Below, piece after piece: positions 49,065-62,435 of a stretch of 64,000 nt of DNA (position 1 is the stretch's first letter; every line of letters starts with the position of its first letter). Below the pieces are notes generated by a model. It was not told the origin of the DNA. It ran no database searches and saw nothing but the letters and a program-made list of their open reading frames with translations. The position numbers and the translations under genes are program-made. The stretch spans positions 58,021,028 through 58,085,027 of the forward strand of contig JASCQW010000027.1 of NCBI GenBank assembly GCA_030264375.1. The letters run 5' to 3'. The stretch is from Carcharhinus longimanus (Eukaryota).

Positions 49065-51519
49065 ACATTCAAGGGACAGCCAACTGTGACAAATCACATG
49101 AATCTCTTTGATCATAGTATTATTTTCAAAAGATAATTCATGCATTTTTGAGTGATCGCCTGCTGGTTTGCTTGTATTTTACCTAACTTAAATGTTAAAA
49201 CTAACTATTTATACTTCTAAGGATATCCTGGATCCTTTTTTCAAACAATCAAATTTTTAGCCACTGTTCAATTTTTAGGGCTCTCCCCAGAGTTCAGTGA
49301 CTCTCAGTATGTCAGCCAATCTTGCTTCCACTCATGATCTGATGATAAAGAAAACTTTGTCTCCTTCAGGGACATCCAACCTTAATAATAGTCTTCGTTA
49401 TCATCTGTTGATATTTTGGTTTAGCTTTTTCTCTGTGGTTCCTAGAAACCTCAGCCTTGAAATATGACAGCACAAATTAGTTAATTAGCCAAAAAATAGG
49501 TGTGGAATGATCTAACATGGGCATGCAGTGAAAAAAATTATTTTTGTCTCAATCGTAAATGGTTAATTCCTAATTCTGAGATCTTGGGTGGAGTCTTGTG
49601 GAGGTGTTGGGGGCCTTGGCTACCAGCTAGAACACCAACTAGACCCCAACATCAACTCATTTTGGGAAGATCTGCTGCATGCTGTGTCACTTAGTTTCTA
49701 GACAAGACAACAGCACCCTCCACCTGTCCCACTCCCTCCCCCTCCTCCTCTTCCTCCTCCTCCTCCTTCTCCTCCTGCTGAGGTCAGCAATCCCAGGCAC
49801 AGTAACCCCTCCCACTTAGAGCTGCCAACCAATCAGAGACCAGCAGCTCTTATGCAACTAGCCATGCCTCTGGGGAGGCAGTCGCAACTGCTCGTACTGC
49901 ACCAACCTCCAGGTCGAGAAAGCGCCCAGGCAAAGGTATGTGATGATAGGAGGTGGGTTGCAGGGGAGGAGGGCAGGTATTGGCAGCAAAGGCGGAACAG
50001 TGCCTTCAGTGGCACACCTTACATGATGAGGCTTCCTGTTAGCAGCTTGATTAATACCAGCTGCAACCGTGTGAGACCTATAGTGGCCATTAATAGGCAG
50101 TGAGGCAGGAAAGTGGTTTATGGGACTTATTCCTATCTGGACATAATCAGGTAGAGGCAGGAAGGCAGCAGGGTCCCCATCAACCATCCCCCTACCTGAT
50201 TACATGCCCACTCACCACCAAACTAACGGTGGGGCAAGGCACAAGATCCTGTCCCTTGATCCTGTGTCCTAGCAGCCAGGGGAATAATTTTGGCAGCATC
50301 TTCCCTGTAAAACCTCTTAAAAATATATGTTTCAAGAGCTTTTATGAACTTGTCCTGAACACTTCTCTTTTTAACCAAAAGCATGTGTGCACGCACGTGT
50401 ATGTGTGAAGGGGTACAGTCAGAGGAGATGCATAGTCAATCAACCTAACCTGCACATCTTTGGACTGTGGGAGGAAACTGGAGTTCCGAGAAGAAACCCG
50501 CACACACATGGGGAGAATATGCAAATGCAACACAGTCTGCAAGAGTGCTGCTTCCAGCAAGTAAGTGCACAAGTACCTTACCTTGTGCATCTAATGGCCC
50601 TCATTTAGGTTCAGCTGCCAGGTTTCCCAAGGCCATCCATGGTGGAATTCAAAATTATGAATTAACATGTGGCTCATCATCTCATTATAACATCTGAAGT
50701 ACCTACCCAGCTCCTTAGGCTGGATTTACTGGCTTCAGCACTCCTACCCCATCCCTATTAAAACTGGAAGAGAGTGGGCTGGGATCAGGATTCTTACCCT
50801 TCCACCGAACCCAAATCTGGACGTTTTTCATGGTTAAAACTTCCACCTCAATATTTCTCTGTCATTGTTTTTCTCAAATCTTCATGAATGTTTGAATGGT
50901 ACAATGTTTGGGTTTCTTTTATTTTGACTTGATTTCCCATTCCTGGGTCATTACTAATGACTAGACTCAGAATTATTTGTGTCATGTTGCCTTGTGCTAT
51001 ATGAAGGAAGGAAGCAATCTGAAAAAATTTCTTAAAAACCTGCTACTCTTATAGAAAAGTAAAATATTGTGAATGCTGGAAATACAAATTCGAAAGAGAA
51101 AATGCTAGAAAACCTAGACAGGTCTGGCGGCATCTGTGGAGAGAGAAATAGAGTTATGTTTTGAGTCTGTAAGACCCTTCTGTTTTTGTCTCTGTACAGG
51201 TGCTGCCAGACCTGCTCCTCTTCTTGGCTTGTAGCTTTCATTCTCTGTTTAGTCAATACTGTGGAGGAGGTGGACAGAGAAAGTGATTAATTGATTGTTG
51301 GGAATTTACAAAGAAATAAAATGTTCACCTCTTCAACCTGCCTTGCACTCAGGGTTACTTCCTCAAATTGGCTCTATTTATGTCCTTTTGCTGTCATCCA
51401 CTTGAGTGGTAGGCCTGAGAAGGGATGAGATCTACAGAATATTTAAGAAAGGAGGACTTTTCTCCCCCTTGCATACGGGTGCCTTCCACAAGTTCTCTGA
51501 AACTTGGTACTATTTCAAT

Positions 51520-51860
51520 CTCTTTCATTTCTCTAAAGTTGCCACATACAATGCAATATTGTGAGGTGCAAACAGTTGACTTCAGTTTTTGTAGTATAAG
51601 GGCCTGATACATGTAGATTAATGTGGGACTGAGTACACTACCACCCTCACACTGATGTGAGAGGACACAAAACTTGCATGGGTCTAATGTTGGACGGCAC
51701 AAGCAAGCTTGGAGACAGCTCCCAGTTTGTACTTTTAACTGTGGCTTTTGTAGTTAATAAGTACAAACAATTAACAAACTTATGACAACAAAGATTTCAT
51801 TAAGGTCTACTGAACGGTATCCAATACCCTACGACATGGTAGCAGTTCTTGAAAATACCC
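51520..51860 (+). mobile_element. Probable Gypsy LTR remnant with tRNA-iMet-type PBS
   Basis: TATAAG, then ...CCTACGACA immediately followed by TGGTAGCAG (51837-51845), the start of the iMet PBS. The left boundary is uncertain. Confidence 0.45.
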
Positions 51861-52213
51861 AGAACCTCAAGAGAAACTGGAGCATAAATTCAAAAGCTGG
51901 AAAATTCAAGGAGCAGCGTTCTAAGCTGTCTGAGAACATCTGAAGTGAAGACACAGAAGGAGATAGACTAAGAGAAGCCCCGTGGCAAAATTGGAATCAG
52001 AGGGCAGAAGAAAAAAGGCTCCAATCGTCGTTAAGACTTACTGAATGTTATCTAACACTTACAACAGTGCGTCACTAACTTAATGGGATAGAAATTGGTA
52101 TGTGTTATTGGCATATAATGGCACAAAGTCAGAGCAAATTAGCAGTTGAGTGGCCTGTGTCCAATCTGCATAGGCATTGCTGCCACTACTAAATTTTTCA
52201 TTCTAGGCAGCAG

Positions 52214-52434
52214 CCTTGGGTGACAGTCTGTGTTGAGTTTGCACATACTCCCAATGTCTGCATGGATTTTCTCCCACACTACAAAGATGTGCAGGTTAGG
52301 TGGATCCGCCGTGGTAAGCATGCATGATTACAGGGAGAGGGTGGACTGAAGGGCCTGGATTGAACTGCTCTTTTACAGCATTGGTGCAGACTTGATAAGC
52401 TGAATGGCCTCTTTCTGCACTGTAGGGATTCTAT
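52214..52434 (+). mobile_element. HE1-like SINE, 5'-truncated
   Basis: Core and tail match the family. Confidence 0.65.
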
Positions 52435-55400
52435 AGTTAAAACAGATGTCAGACTGTTTGAGATTATCAGTTAGGGTTCTAAAGGATTTCTGTACTTTAG
52501 CTATCAATGAGCACGGCTGTGTATTCTTCAGTATATCCTGCAGCTGACAGAAAGCTTGAACTGGATTTTTCCTGTTGGGTCAGCTGCCTGTAGAGATGCA
52601 ACAAGTGCTGATTGCTTGTGTCAAATACGTTTTTTCTGATCGCTTGAGAAAAGTCCAAGGGGGAGGTCTTTAAGAGAATGAAATGTTTCAGAAGACTGAA
52701 AAGAGTTAGCTCTTTAGGGGATGAGCATAACTGTACGACATCAGTGCAAGATAGTCACCATGACATTCAATAGGAAATTCAGAAGAAACTCCATCACTCA
52801 AAAAGTGGTGAGAATGTGGAACTCGCCACCATAGGGAGTACTTGAAGTGAATGGTATCAATGCGTTTAAGCAGAAGTGAGGTGTCAGATTTAGAGGGGAA
52901 AATGGGAGAAGGCTCGAGTGCAGTATAAAGGCTGGTTGGGCCAATGGCCTGTTTGTGTTATATATTGTGTGCAATCCTATATAATCCTTGTGCTTCTTGC
53001 TTTGGCCACCAGTGACCCAAAAACTCAGACTCAACATTACAAGGGAAATCTTCCCCCCAAATCTGCGGCAATATATTTGACTTCACATTGCAATGCTGCA
53101 TTACCATCAGAAATAATTCAAATTGCTGAAGAAATGAAAGATTCTGAAAGTTGATCATAATTCATTATGAAATGGATGAAATGATTAAATAGGTTGCATT
53201 TACCCTGTGGGGCTTGGGCTGTGTTTTAATGAGACATGAAGAAAGGAATAGAAGATTAAAAGCCGCAACAGATGCTCAGCTTGATGATCAAATATCCAAA
53301 TCCATTTTCGGTAATACAAACTGCTTCAAATCTTTATTTCATAGAGCTGCGTTATATGCTGAGGGCAGATTTCCCACACCCCGGAGTAGATTTTGAGGGT
53401 GAGCCTGTCTCCACTTGGCACACAGAAATAGAGCGGGTGGTGGGGAGCAAGTGGGGCTGCTGTTTAGCGGCGGAGGGGGGGGGTGTGAATGAGGCACCCT
53501 CCTCTTTCATTGTGAAACCTACGAGGCTGCATGTTGGGTGCAGACCCTTACCACCATCCCTTAAATTAGGGAAGTGGTGGGATGAGGCTCTTAATTCGGC
53601 ATTGATTGCCCATATAAGGGCTCAACTGGGTCATGGGTGAGTGACACATATGATACATCCCCCTCTGCCTGCCAAAGCATAGTGGCTGGTGTACTGCCAA
53701 TGGCACATTACCCAAACTTACAGGTACCACCACCCCCCCCACCCCACCCCACCCCATCCCACCACCCATTTTCCACCTGCTGGTGGTTTGTAAAGTTCAG
53801 CCCATTATTTTATTGAATAAATAACATTCCTTTTCTCATCAGTTTTCTCATATATCTTCTTTTCTAGAAGACAGTACCTCATGAGAATACATGGTTCCAT
53901 GATTATTGGCAGCACTTGTCCAAGATATTATACGTGGAGTGGAAATGGCAGCTTATTTAGCACCACTACAGCTTCAACTAACCCCTATCCCGGGCATGCT
54001 TTCTGATGGTGGAGGTGACTCACCATTGGCCATCAGTGGGATCTTCCGGTCCTGCCGATGTCTATGGCATTGTGCATGGCTTGCCCTCTGTGGGGGAACC
54101 TGCCATGGAAAATCACCCTTGGTAGGACCAGAAGATCCCATTGGCAGGAACAGCTGGAAAATCCTGCCCTGGAGCTCCCAAAAATAGTAGCTATATTTAT
54201 TCACTGACTTACTTGAGTTTTTCTCCACCCTACCTTTCCAAACGTTCTTCAACCTCTCTCTCTTGCCTGTCTGCTTCAGTGTAATTGAATAGGATTTTAA
54301 GCCAAGAAGTCTGATGGGAAGAGAATGACCCTCCTCCTGACCAACTCCTTAAGCAGCATCTCAAATGCAGCATCTGAACACACAGAGGTCACTTGGAGCT
54401 TCTCCTTTTCCTATCAGTTCTGCAAGTTAAATTGAATATAAATTATCTGTAGCCCAAGTGTAGCTCCCACTTGTGATGAATATTTAACTAAAGACCAGGA
54501 TGTCTAATTCTCCCACTCTGTCATTAGTTAAGCTACCAATCGATAGCATTAGGCGCTAACATAATTAATCATAATGAAGGCCCTTGTGTTCCAGCAGTGT
54601 CTCCACTTCTAAAAAATTTACTTAGCTATAAAGCACTTTGGGGCATCTTATGGTCATTAAAGGAAGCTACATAAATATGGGGGTCTTGGGCTTCTCACAT
54701 GCACTCATGTGATTAGACAGTCCTAGTTGTGCTGAGATGAATTTCTACCCCAAGGGGACATTTCTCCCGTCCCAATGTGCTGATGTTTTTTTTAGCACAG
54801 CAGGCTGGGCAAATAGCATGCGGGGGGGTGGAGGGTGGGATTTGCAGAGTCCCCATGAGTATTCGCACCCCGTTCACATCGCCCAGTACCAGGTTTCCAG
54901 CCTGCTTTGCACCAGAAATCAGCAGAGAATTGGGGCTAGCATTTAAATGGTTTTGTATATATCATTTCAATACTATTATCGGGCCCAGACTGAATTCACT
55001 GGGCCTGCTAAACTCTCCCAGCCCACCAGAGCGTTTCACTTCAGTGGGGTTTAGAGTAGCTCCCCACCTTCTGGGAGCTGATGGCCTGGCTCTAATGGAG
55101 TAAGGGGAGGCAATCATGGCNNNNNNNNNNNNNNNNNNNNNNNNNNNNNNNNNNNNNNNNNNNNNNNNNNNNNNNNNNNNNNNNNNNNNNNNNNNNNNNN
55201 NNNNNNNNNNNNNNNNNNNNGGGGCGGTGGGGGGTGGGGGGGGGAGAAGTGGAGGGACAGCACTGTAGGAGTCCTGAGCTGGAGAGCGAACAGCAGGCTG
55301 ATAGTTTGGAGCCACTGTGCATGCGCAAAGGCTAACTGGTTTCAGCCTCCTGGGCAGGAATAGGTTCCACCCCGTGAAACCTAATAAAATTCACACTGGT

Positions 55401-58400
55401 GGCTTCTGCATTGCACAGAATGTGGGAGATTCTAATGTGAACTCCCACTGAGAAAAAACAGCGTGAATTACTCCAGTTTTCCTGCAAATTCAATACTTAG
55501 AATTTTTTGGGGAGAATTCCACCCCAAATGCCTGGTGTTCAAATATAAAATTTATTTTTTGCTTGCAAAGCTTTTAAAAGAAGTAGTTTTATTTGCAGCA
55601 CTTTCTTCAGTGGCATGATGTTGCTGTGAGGTTATCATAAAGTGTATGATAGCCAGCAAGCGCAGATTGGTAACAGAATGATAAGTCACAACATCATTGA
55701 ATCGCTGATTTGCTGCTAATTAATCTCCTCAAATAAGGATAAAGTCACCATCGACCTAGATGACATTAAACTGAGTGGTGGTGATTTAACCTGAGGATCA
55801 CCACACTCTCAGGCAAGGGGCAAGATTGGGAAAGCGGGCCTTCATGAATACTCTCAGCCAGTATGGGAATTGAACCTACGCTGTTGGCTTTTCTCTGCAT
55901 CACGAACCAGTCATCCAGCCAACCAAGCAAAATCGATTCCCAAATAGATTTCCAACAAAAGATTTTGGTGAGAATCGGGTGCCTGTTCCCTCCTCATGTG
56001 CAAGCTGCAAATACTTGAGTTTTTATTGGAAAGAATTTGTAGATTGCGAGTTAGAAATTTGGAGGTTGGTTTTCTTTTAATTTAAGTGAGTTCAACTTTA
56101 TGAAATTGCACTGGAGCGCTAATGATAGAGAAAAGCCTAATTTACTTTCTAATTCAAGAAGTAATTACAAAATAAAAAGTAACATTTTATACAGCTCCTC
56201 TTTCTGATTCCTTTCACTTTTATTTGAAAATCTGTCAGATAATGGGGTAGGAGCGGTCACATTAACGTATACAAATAGTCATACTTGCTGTAGTGTGTAG
56301 AGCAAAACAATGTCCACTCGCAATCTGAAGATTTCCACTTGAAAACCTGGGGCAGGTTTCTGCAATATACATGGGGATGGTAATTAAATCAACTGCTCAT
56401 TAAATACCAATCAAAAGTGAAAGATGTGCTGTTCAAATAGTATTTGGAGACATTAAACAATGATCTTTATGAGAAATTTTGATTGTTAGTCACTAATATT
56501 CTGCCTTGCCACAGGCTTATTTAAACTAGAGGGGAGATTCACACCAAATTGTATTGCTGAAGCTAATGTTTATTAAAATGTATTTAAAGGGACCTNNNNN
56601 NNNNNNNNNNNNNNNNNNNNNNNNNNNNNNNNNNNNNNNNNNNNNNNNNNNNNNNNNNNNNNNNNNNNNNNNNNNNNNNNNNNNNNNNNNNNNNNNNNNN
56701 NNNNNNNNNNNNNNNNNNNNNNNNNNNNNNNNNNNNNNNNNNNNNNNNNNNNNNNNNNNNNNNNNNNNNNNNNNNNNNNNCAAGCTGCTTTATTAATTCC
56801 ATTTTTAAAAACTAAAATTTGACTTATCCAAAGAAAATCCAACAAATGTAATATCCATGGCAAAAACTATTTTCTTAGGCTTCTGCTATGTTCAGAGTAA
56901 ATTCCTTTCACACTGTGATACTAACTGGACACTTTTTCCAAGCCTGTAAGTGATCATTTAAAATCTCATAATTGAGAATATCCATATTTCACACCTTCTC
57001 AATGTTCATGGAGGGTAAAAGCAATGCTATTCAGTGAGCCTAGATCATTTCATTTCTTTCCTCTGAGGCTTTTAACCAACCTTGAGGTGAAGATGATCAA
57101 GAAAAAGCCAATATTTTAAGCACCACAAATATTCCAACTCTTTATAAAAAGCAGAATCTTCAACCTGAAAGGTCAAGCGCTGGGAAAATGAGCAGAATTT
57201 TAATTGGAAGATTCATGGTTCCAGCTGGAGGCTGTTACTTGTGATCCTGTTCCTATTTATTTTGAACTCAATTATATTTTGAGAAAGCTCTCCCACTGTG
57301 TTATAAACACAATACGTGGGACTTGCTAAACATTGCTGCACCTTTGTCCCAGAGCGCGCCCAAGTCACTTCTACCACGCACCACTGTAATTTAAAACATT
57401 CACCATCTGAATGAGGGGGAAATATTTAAACCCTTCTTTATTTTTATCCAATATCTAACAGTTAATCAGATATCGTAAAGCAGATTTGCATCTTCCAACA
57501 GGTGTGATTGAGAAGGAAACACTGAGGTGTGCCTTGCTTTAGGCATCCAGTGCTCCAGACGGAAGATTTGGGGGCCTAATAAATACTCAAATGAGGATCT
57601 TATGCATCCAAACACCATTTTTGTGTAAATTAGGGCTGCATATCTACTTCCTCAATCCACTCATAAATCATGGGAGATGGAGGTATGAGGGAACTTTCTA
57701 GAGAAGTCCTTACCTACATCAATCAAATTAATGCAAATATTCGGAGGTTGTCTTACTGTTAGTCACAATCGAAACAGAAAATCTTGGAAATGCTAAGCAA
57801 ATCCAGCAGCATCTGTGGAGAGTGAAACAGAGCTAATGGCCAGGATTTTGGGCTGATGATTCTCACTCACTGGAGTATTGTATGGGACGTCCCACAGAAT
57901 CAGATGCCTTTCAGGCATCCAAGGGCCTTGCCTGTGATTGAGGACCTAGATAGCGTAAGTGCTGCCCACTGAGCTACCAGCCAATCAGCGGTAAATAGCT
58001 CCTAGTTGCCTTGAGCACCAGTGGGTGGAAAGGAGACTGGTGGCAATGCATCCACTATTGTTCCAGATTCATTGTGGAACCCTAGACCAAGAATGAGTCA
58101 AGGCAGAATAAGGCTTGTGAGATGGAGGTCGTGGCTAGGAAGGGGAAAGGCGATGACTTCCGCCCTTCCTGATGCCAGGCCCCTTGATCACATTCAGACT
58201 GCCTGTAATGAGGGGCTCCCATTACTGGGAGGCCACTGGCAAACCCAATAGATTTTGCTGAATGGCTTTCAGAGGGCGTGGAAAATCCATGCGGCCCCCA
58301 TTTGAGACCATCACTCAATTGCAGTGGGCTCAGGATTAATAGGTGTCAATTGGCTCATGAATGAACCCAATTAATGTCCTGCCAATGGTGGCCAGGAATC

Positions 58401-59099
58401 CTTGTCAGCCCCTTTCACCCTCTGATTTAATTGGGAGAGGTTTTGCCATGACTGACGTGGGTCCTCCTTGACAATGAAATGGGTTATGCTGCCACATTTC
58501 CCACTGCGATGGACTGCATTAAATCCAGTTTCATCATTCATTTCTGTCTTCTGAACTGTGAAAAGTTATAAATGTGAAAGATTTTTGCAAGTGAAAGGAG
58601 GAAGGAGGGGAATAAGAATGAAATAGACAGGCTCAAGGGCAGTAGATAATACAAGGTCAAAGGGAATAGCAATGGGACAAGTAAAGAAATAAAAGATGTT
58701 TATAGAGGCTGAAGGGTAGAATCCTGAATAGTTGTCATCTGAAAGCAAGATCTGACAGAAAGGGAAAAACATACAGTGAAGAAAACCTTTGATTTTCCAA
58801 TTTGCACCATTTTCTTGCTCCTTCGACTCTTCACTTGCCTTCCTTGAATTCACACTCTCAATTTCAGAGGATAGAAAATCAAACAACACACAGTTACCTT
58901 GACTAGGCTTTGTGATACTCCATTTGATGTAAGGACTCTATTTGATTCACCCTATTTCTCTGTTTTGACAATGCAACCTCTCATACCAGCATTTCTGATA
59001 GGCCTTCCTTTTTCCACAGTTAGGGTTCTTCTCCAGCATGGTTGTTGGGGTCTTTAACTGTGTCTGTTCTGTTTCATGTACTTCCGCTTTTACCTTTTT

Positions 59100-59630
59100 C
59101 CTTCCTTCTCAGATCCATGATGGTGTTTGCCTTGACCTCGCCTTTCACCCCATCACCCTCTATGTTCTGCTATTTATACCACATCTAGCATGATGGCACC
59201 AAAAAACACATCTGCCCCTCCCTTTCCCATATCCCTTCATGATACCCTGGTTCCCTCTTCAAACACTCCCAGTACCACATTCCCCTCCGGCAACTTTCCG
59301 TACAATTGTAGGAGATACAACACCTATGCTTTTCTCCTTGCCTTCCAAGGCTCCCCAACACAACTTTCTGGTGAAACAGCAATTTAATTATTCTCAGTCC
59401 ACTTCAGTATCCTGTACTAGCTGCTCACACTGTAGTCTCCTTTACAGTGGGATGGGCAAATACTTCTGTCCAGTCTGTAAGTATGACCCTGAGCCTCTGG
59501 TCACCTGTCACTATAATTCTCCCCCTCACTTCTGCTTGGACCTTTCTGTCCTTGGCCTCCTGCAGTGTTCCAAAGAAACTTAATGCAAGCTCAAGGAACA
59601 GCAGAAGATCCTTCAACTAGTTCTCCAGCC
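59100..59630 (+). mobile_element. Penelope-like element fragment (GIY-YIG region)
   Basis: Frameshifted FPYNCRRYNT...FLVKQQFN...SCTSCSHCSLLYSG...LVTCHYNS, typical of the PLE endonuclease end. Confidence 0.55.
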
Positions 59631-60156
59631 TCCCAACCACGTGTTTTGCGGCAACAGAAGGCAGCGTATTATTCGCTGGTGGCGAGATTCTCTGGTCCTG
59701 CTGCTGTCAATGGCATTTCCGTTGAAACCACCCCATGCTGCTGAGAAACCCATGGGTGAGGGTGTGCTGCTGGCATGACCAGAGAATCCCACTGCCAGTG
59801 AATGACCAGAGAATCCCACTGTACATCTTTGACGGCAGTCATTTGTGATCTTGCCATTCACAGCTCTTCTTGACACATCTTTTGTTTACTTGTCCTGACG
59901 ATTCCCTTTGACATTGCACTATGGAATCTTATAATCTCTCCTGCTTGCCACCCCGTCTTTTGCTCTTTCCTCCCACTCTCTGTCCTCTTTCACTTGCTGA
60001 AAAATGATTGCATTTCTAACTGTTCCCAGCCCTGATGAAAGGTTTGAATGCCTGACCTGCTGAACGTTTCCAGCATTTTCTGTTTTCATTCTGGTGCTAT
60101 AAGATTGTAAGATGCAACAGCACAAAAAAACTTTGTTTTTCATGAAACCTCTGCAG

Positions 60157-60305
60157 GAAACTGAAGAACACCAGTTTTGATGCAAAGAAGTTGAAGGTGA
60201 TGACGGGTGAATGGTTTGCTGAAGTTAAATCAAAACGCTTCGGAGAGATTTCCAGTGGAATAGACATCCTGAAGAATTCATTTATCAAAAAGAAGAAGTT
60301 ACCAG
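60157..60305 (+). CDS. Internal coding exon of a Rab27-effector gene (zinc-finger-less Slp-homology domain; SYTL1/SYTL2/EXPH5 family)
   Basis: ctgcag|G AAA...CCA G|gtac, 149 nt, phase 2 to phase 1, open frame (R)KLKNTSFDAKKLKVMTGEWFAEVKSKRFGEISSGIDILKNSFIKKKKLP with the SHD2 (S/T)GEWF motif. The paralogue cannot be assigned by eye. Confidence 0.85.
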
Positions 60306-61096
60306 GTACATCTTCCATGAAAATATTTGTTTTCCAATTTAGTTTCCTCCCTGTAATTGTTGACTTGTGCTATGTTACAGTTCTGAAGATGCCTGAGGTG
60401 TCTTGGCCAAATTATGTGAGCTTTCCCTTCATCCACCATTTTTAATTGCGCTTTCAGACACACTGCTCTCTCCATTTACCTCCATTCCCTTAAAGTTGTT
60501 CTGAAGAACTCCACCTCAACCCTCCTCGTATCTCCTGTTTTGTTTAAGTGCCCATTTTGTCTGATTATGGTAGGATTTTTGTTCGCGAGTCAGTTGTACA
60601 GAGTTGACAAAATTTCCAGTTTTCCAAATTGCTGCCAGGCCATCAGATTCTGGGTCTGCAGGTGTGGGCCATGTTGAAGGCATGATATAACGAAAGACCC
60701 TGGTAGAACCACAATATCAGATAAATAGATTACCCCTGGTCATTGTCATGCTGCTATTTATGGGAGCTTGCTGTGTACAAATTTGCTACTGCTTTTCCAT
60801 GGGTTGCTCAATCCTTTGAGATACCTGATGGTTATGGATGGCAATATAGAACTGCAAGTCTTTAATTAATTTTGTTGTTACTGCGGACATTCAAATAATG
60901 GTTTTTCAAATGCTTGATCCAACAAGCACAAGCATTTATAATAATGGAAAATGATAAGGAGCATGCCAGTTTTAGTTTCAGTACATGCCAATACATCGTA
61001 CCATGATGGCATCTCAGGCAAACCTCATCCTGACCTTACAAGAGATTCTTGCATTCACCTTTTTGCAACGGGAGTGAAAGAATGTTGATCAGAAGG

Positions 61097-61402
61097 GATG
61101 GTTAGCATTGCTGCCTCACAGCACCAGGGGCCCGGGTTCAATTCTGGCCTTGGGTGACTGTCTGTGTGGTGCTTGCATGTTCCCCCTGTGTCTGTGTGGG
61201 TTTCCTCTGGGTGCTCCAGTTTCCTCTCTCAGCCCAAAGATGTGCAGATAAGGTGGATTGATCATGCTAAATTGCCCTTTAGTTTCAGGGAGATTAACAG
61301 GGTAAATACACGGGGGTTATGGCGATAGGGCCTGGGTGGGATTGTTGTTGATGCACATTCCATGAGCCCAATGGCTTCTTTCTGCTTTGGAGAGATTCTG
61401 TG
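61097..61402 (+). mobile_element. HE1-like SINE
   Basis: Matches the family consensus. Confidence 0.8.
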
Positions 61403-62258
61403 AGTAAACCTGCCCAATATTTCCCTTTGTTAAGTCAAGAACACTGAAGCTAATTTAATGCCTTATTCTTGCCATGTCAGCTATCAATATAGACTAAGAA
61501 TTAATATGTAATTTTCCTTGTCTGTAGGGCTCAGATCTTCACTATGCTTATCAACTAAATGGTTGGGCCAGTGGACTATCTGTTCTGACATCTGGGCAAT
61601 TTTCTGTATTGACTTTTAGAATTTTAATCTCATTCTAAAAGACAAAATATGCAAAAAAAACTTGTTGTAGTCTTATCCTAGGGTAAAACTGAGCTTCATG
61701 AAATTCTGATCAAATGAAATGCTGATATTGATCACTTAGAGTTGTTTTTAAAATACACATGCATAGATATATCTCATTTTGGGAATGAAGATAAACCCAA
61801 ATAAGAAATGACCCCAAACAATTGATCAATGTCTTCTCTGCTATCTAATCACTGGATATTGATTCTGTACCACTACTGCTTTACATTTGCATTTTTTGGC
61901 TGCTACTTGGCTTTAGAAAATCTGTTTTACATAGTAGAGCACATTTATAAATTGAGACATAATGGCCGGCATGAGAAATTTGATCACAAATTACTGTTTA
62001 TTTCTCATATGCAGATGTTCAGGAAGTTGCCGTCAAGACATCAAAGGATGCAAATGTGTTTCTCAGTCCAAGTCCTAAATATCAAGGTATTTCTTCAGAG
62101 CCTGATGCCTTCAAGTCAGATAAAAGGTAGGAAATGCATAATGAGCAAAGCTTTTGTATTTCAGGAGCTAAAAAAAAGGAGGAAATTGTTTCCTTGTGAT
62201 GAAGAATTTGATCTGCTGCTTTCTTGTCTTTAGTTCATTTTTTAATTGATTTTTCTAA

Positions 62259-62435
62259 ATCATAGAATCCCTACAGTGCAGAAGGAGGCTATTCAACCTA
62301 TCGAGTCTGCACCAACTGCAATCCCACCCAGCTCCTATCCCTGTAGTCCTACATTTTTACTCTGCTAGTCCCTCTGACACAAAGGGGCAATTGAACATGG
62401 TCAATCAATCTAACCCGCACATTGTTGGACTGGGA
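62259..62435 (-). mobile_element. HE1-like SINE, 3' half
   Basis: Tail and core match the family. Confidence 0.7.

Noticed and set aside
53840-53910. Strong polypyrimidine tract plus AG as a possible host exon
   Set aside because: No matching donor or recognisable reading frame.
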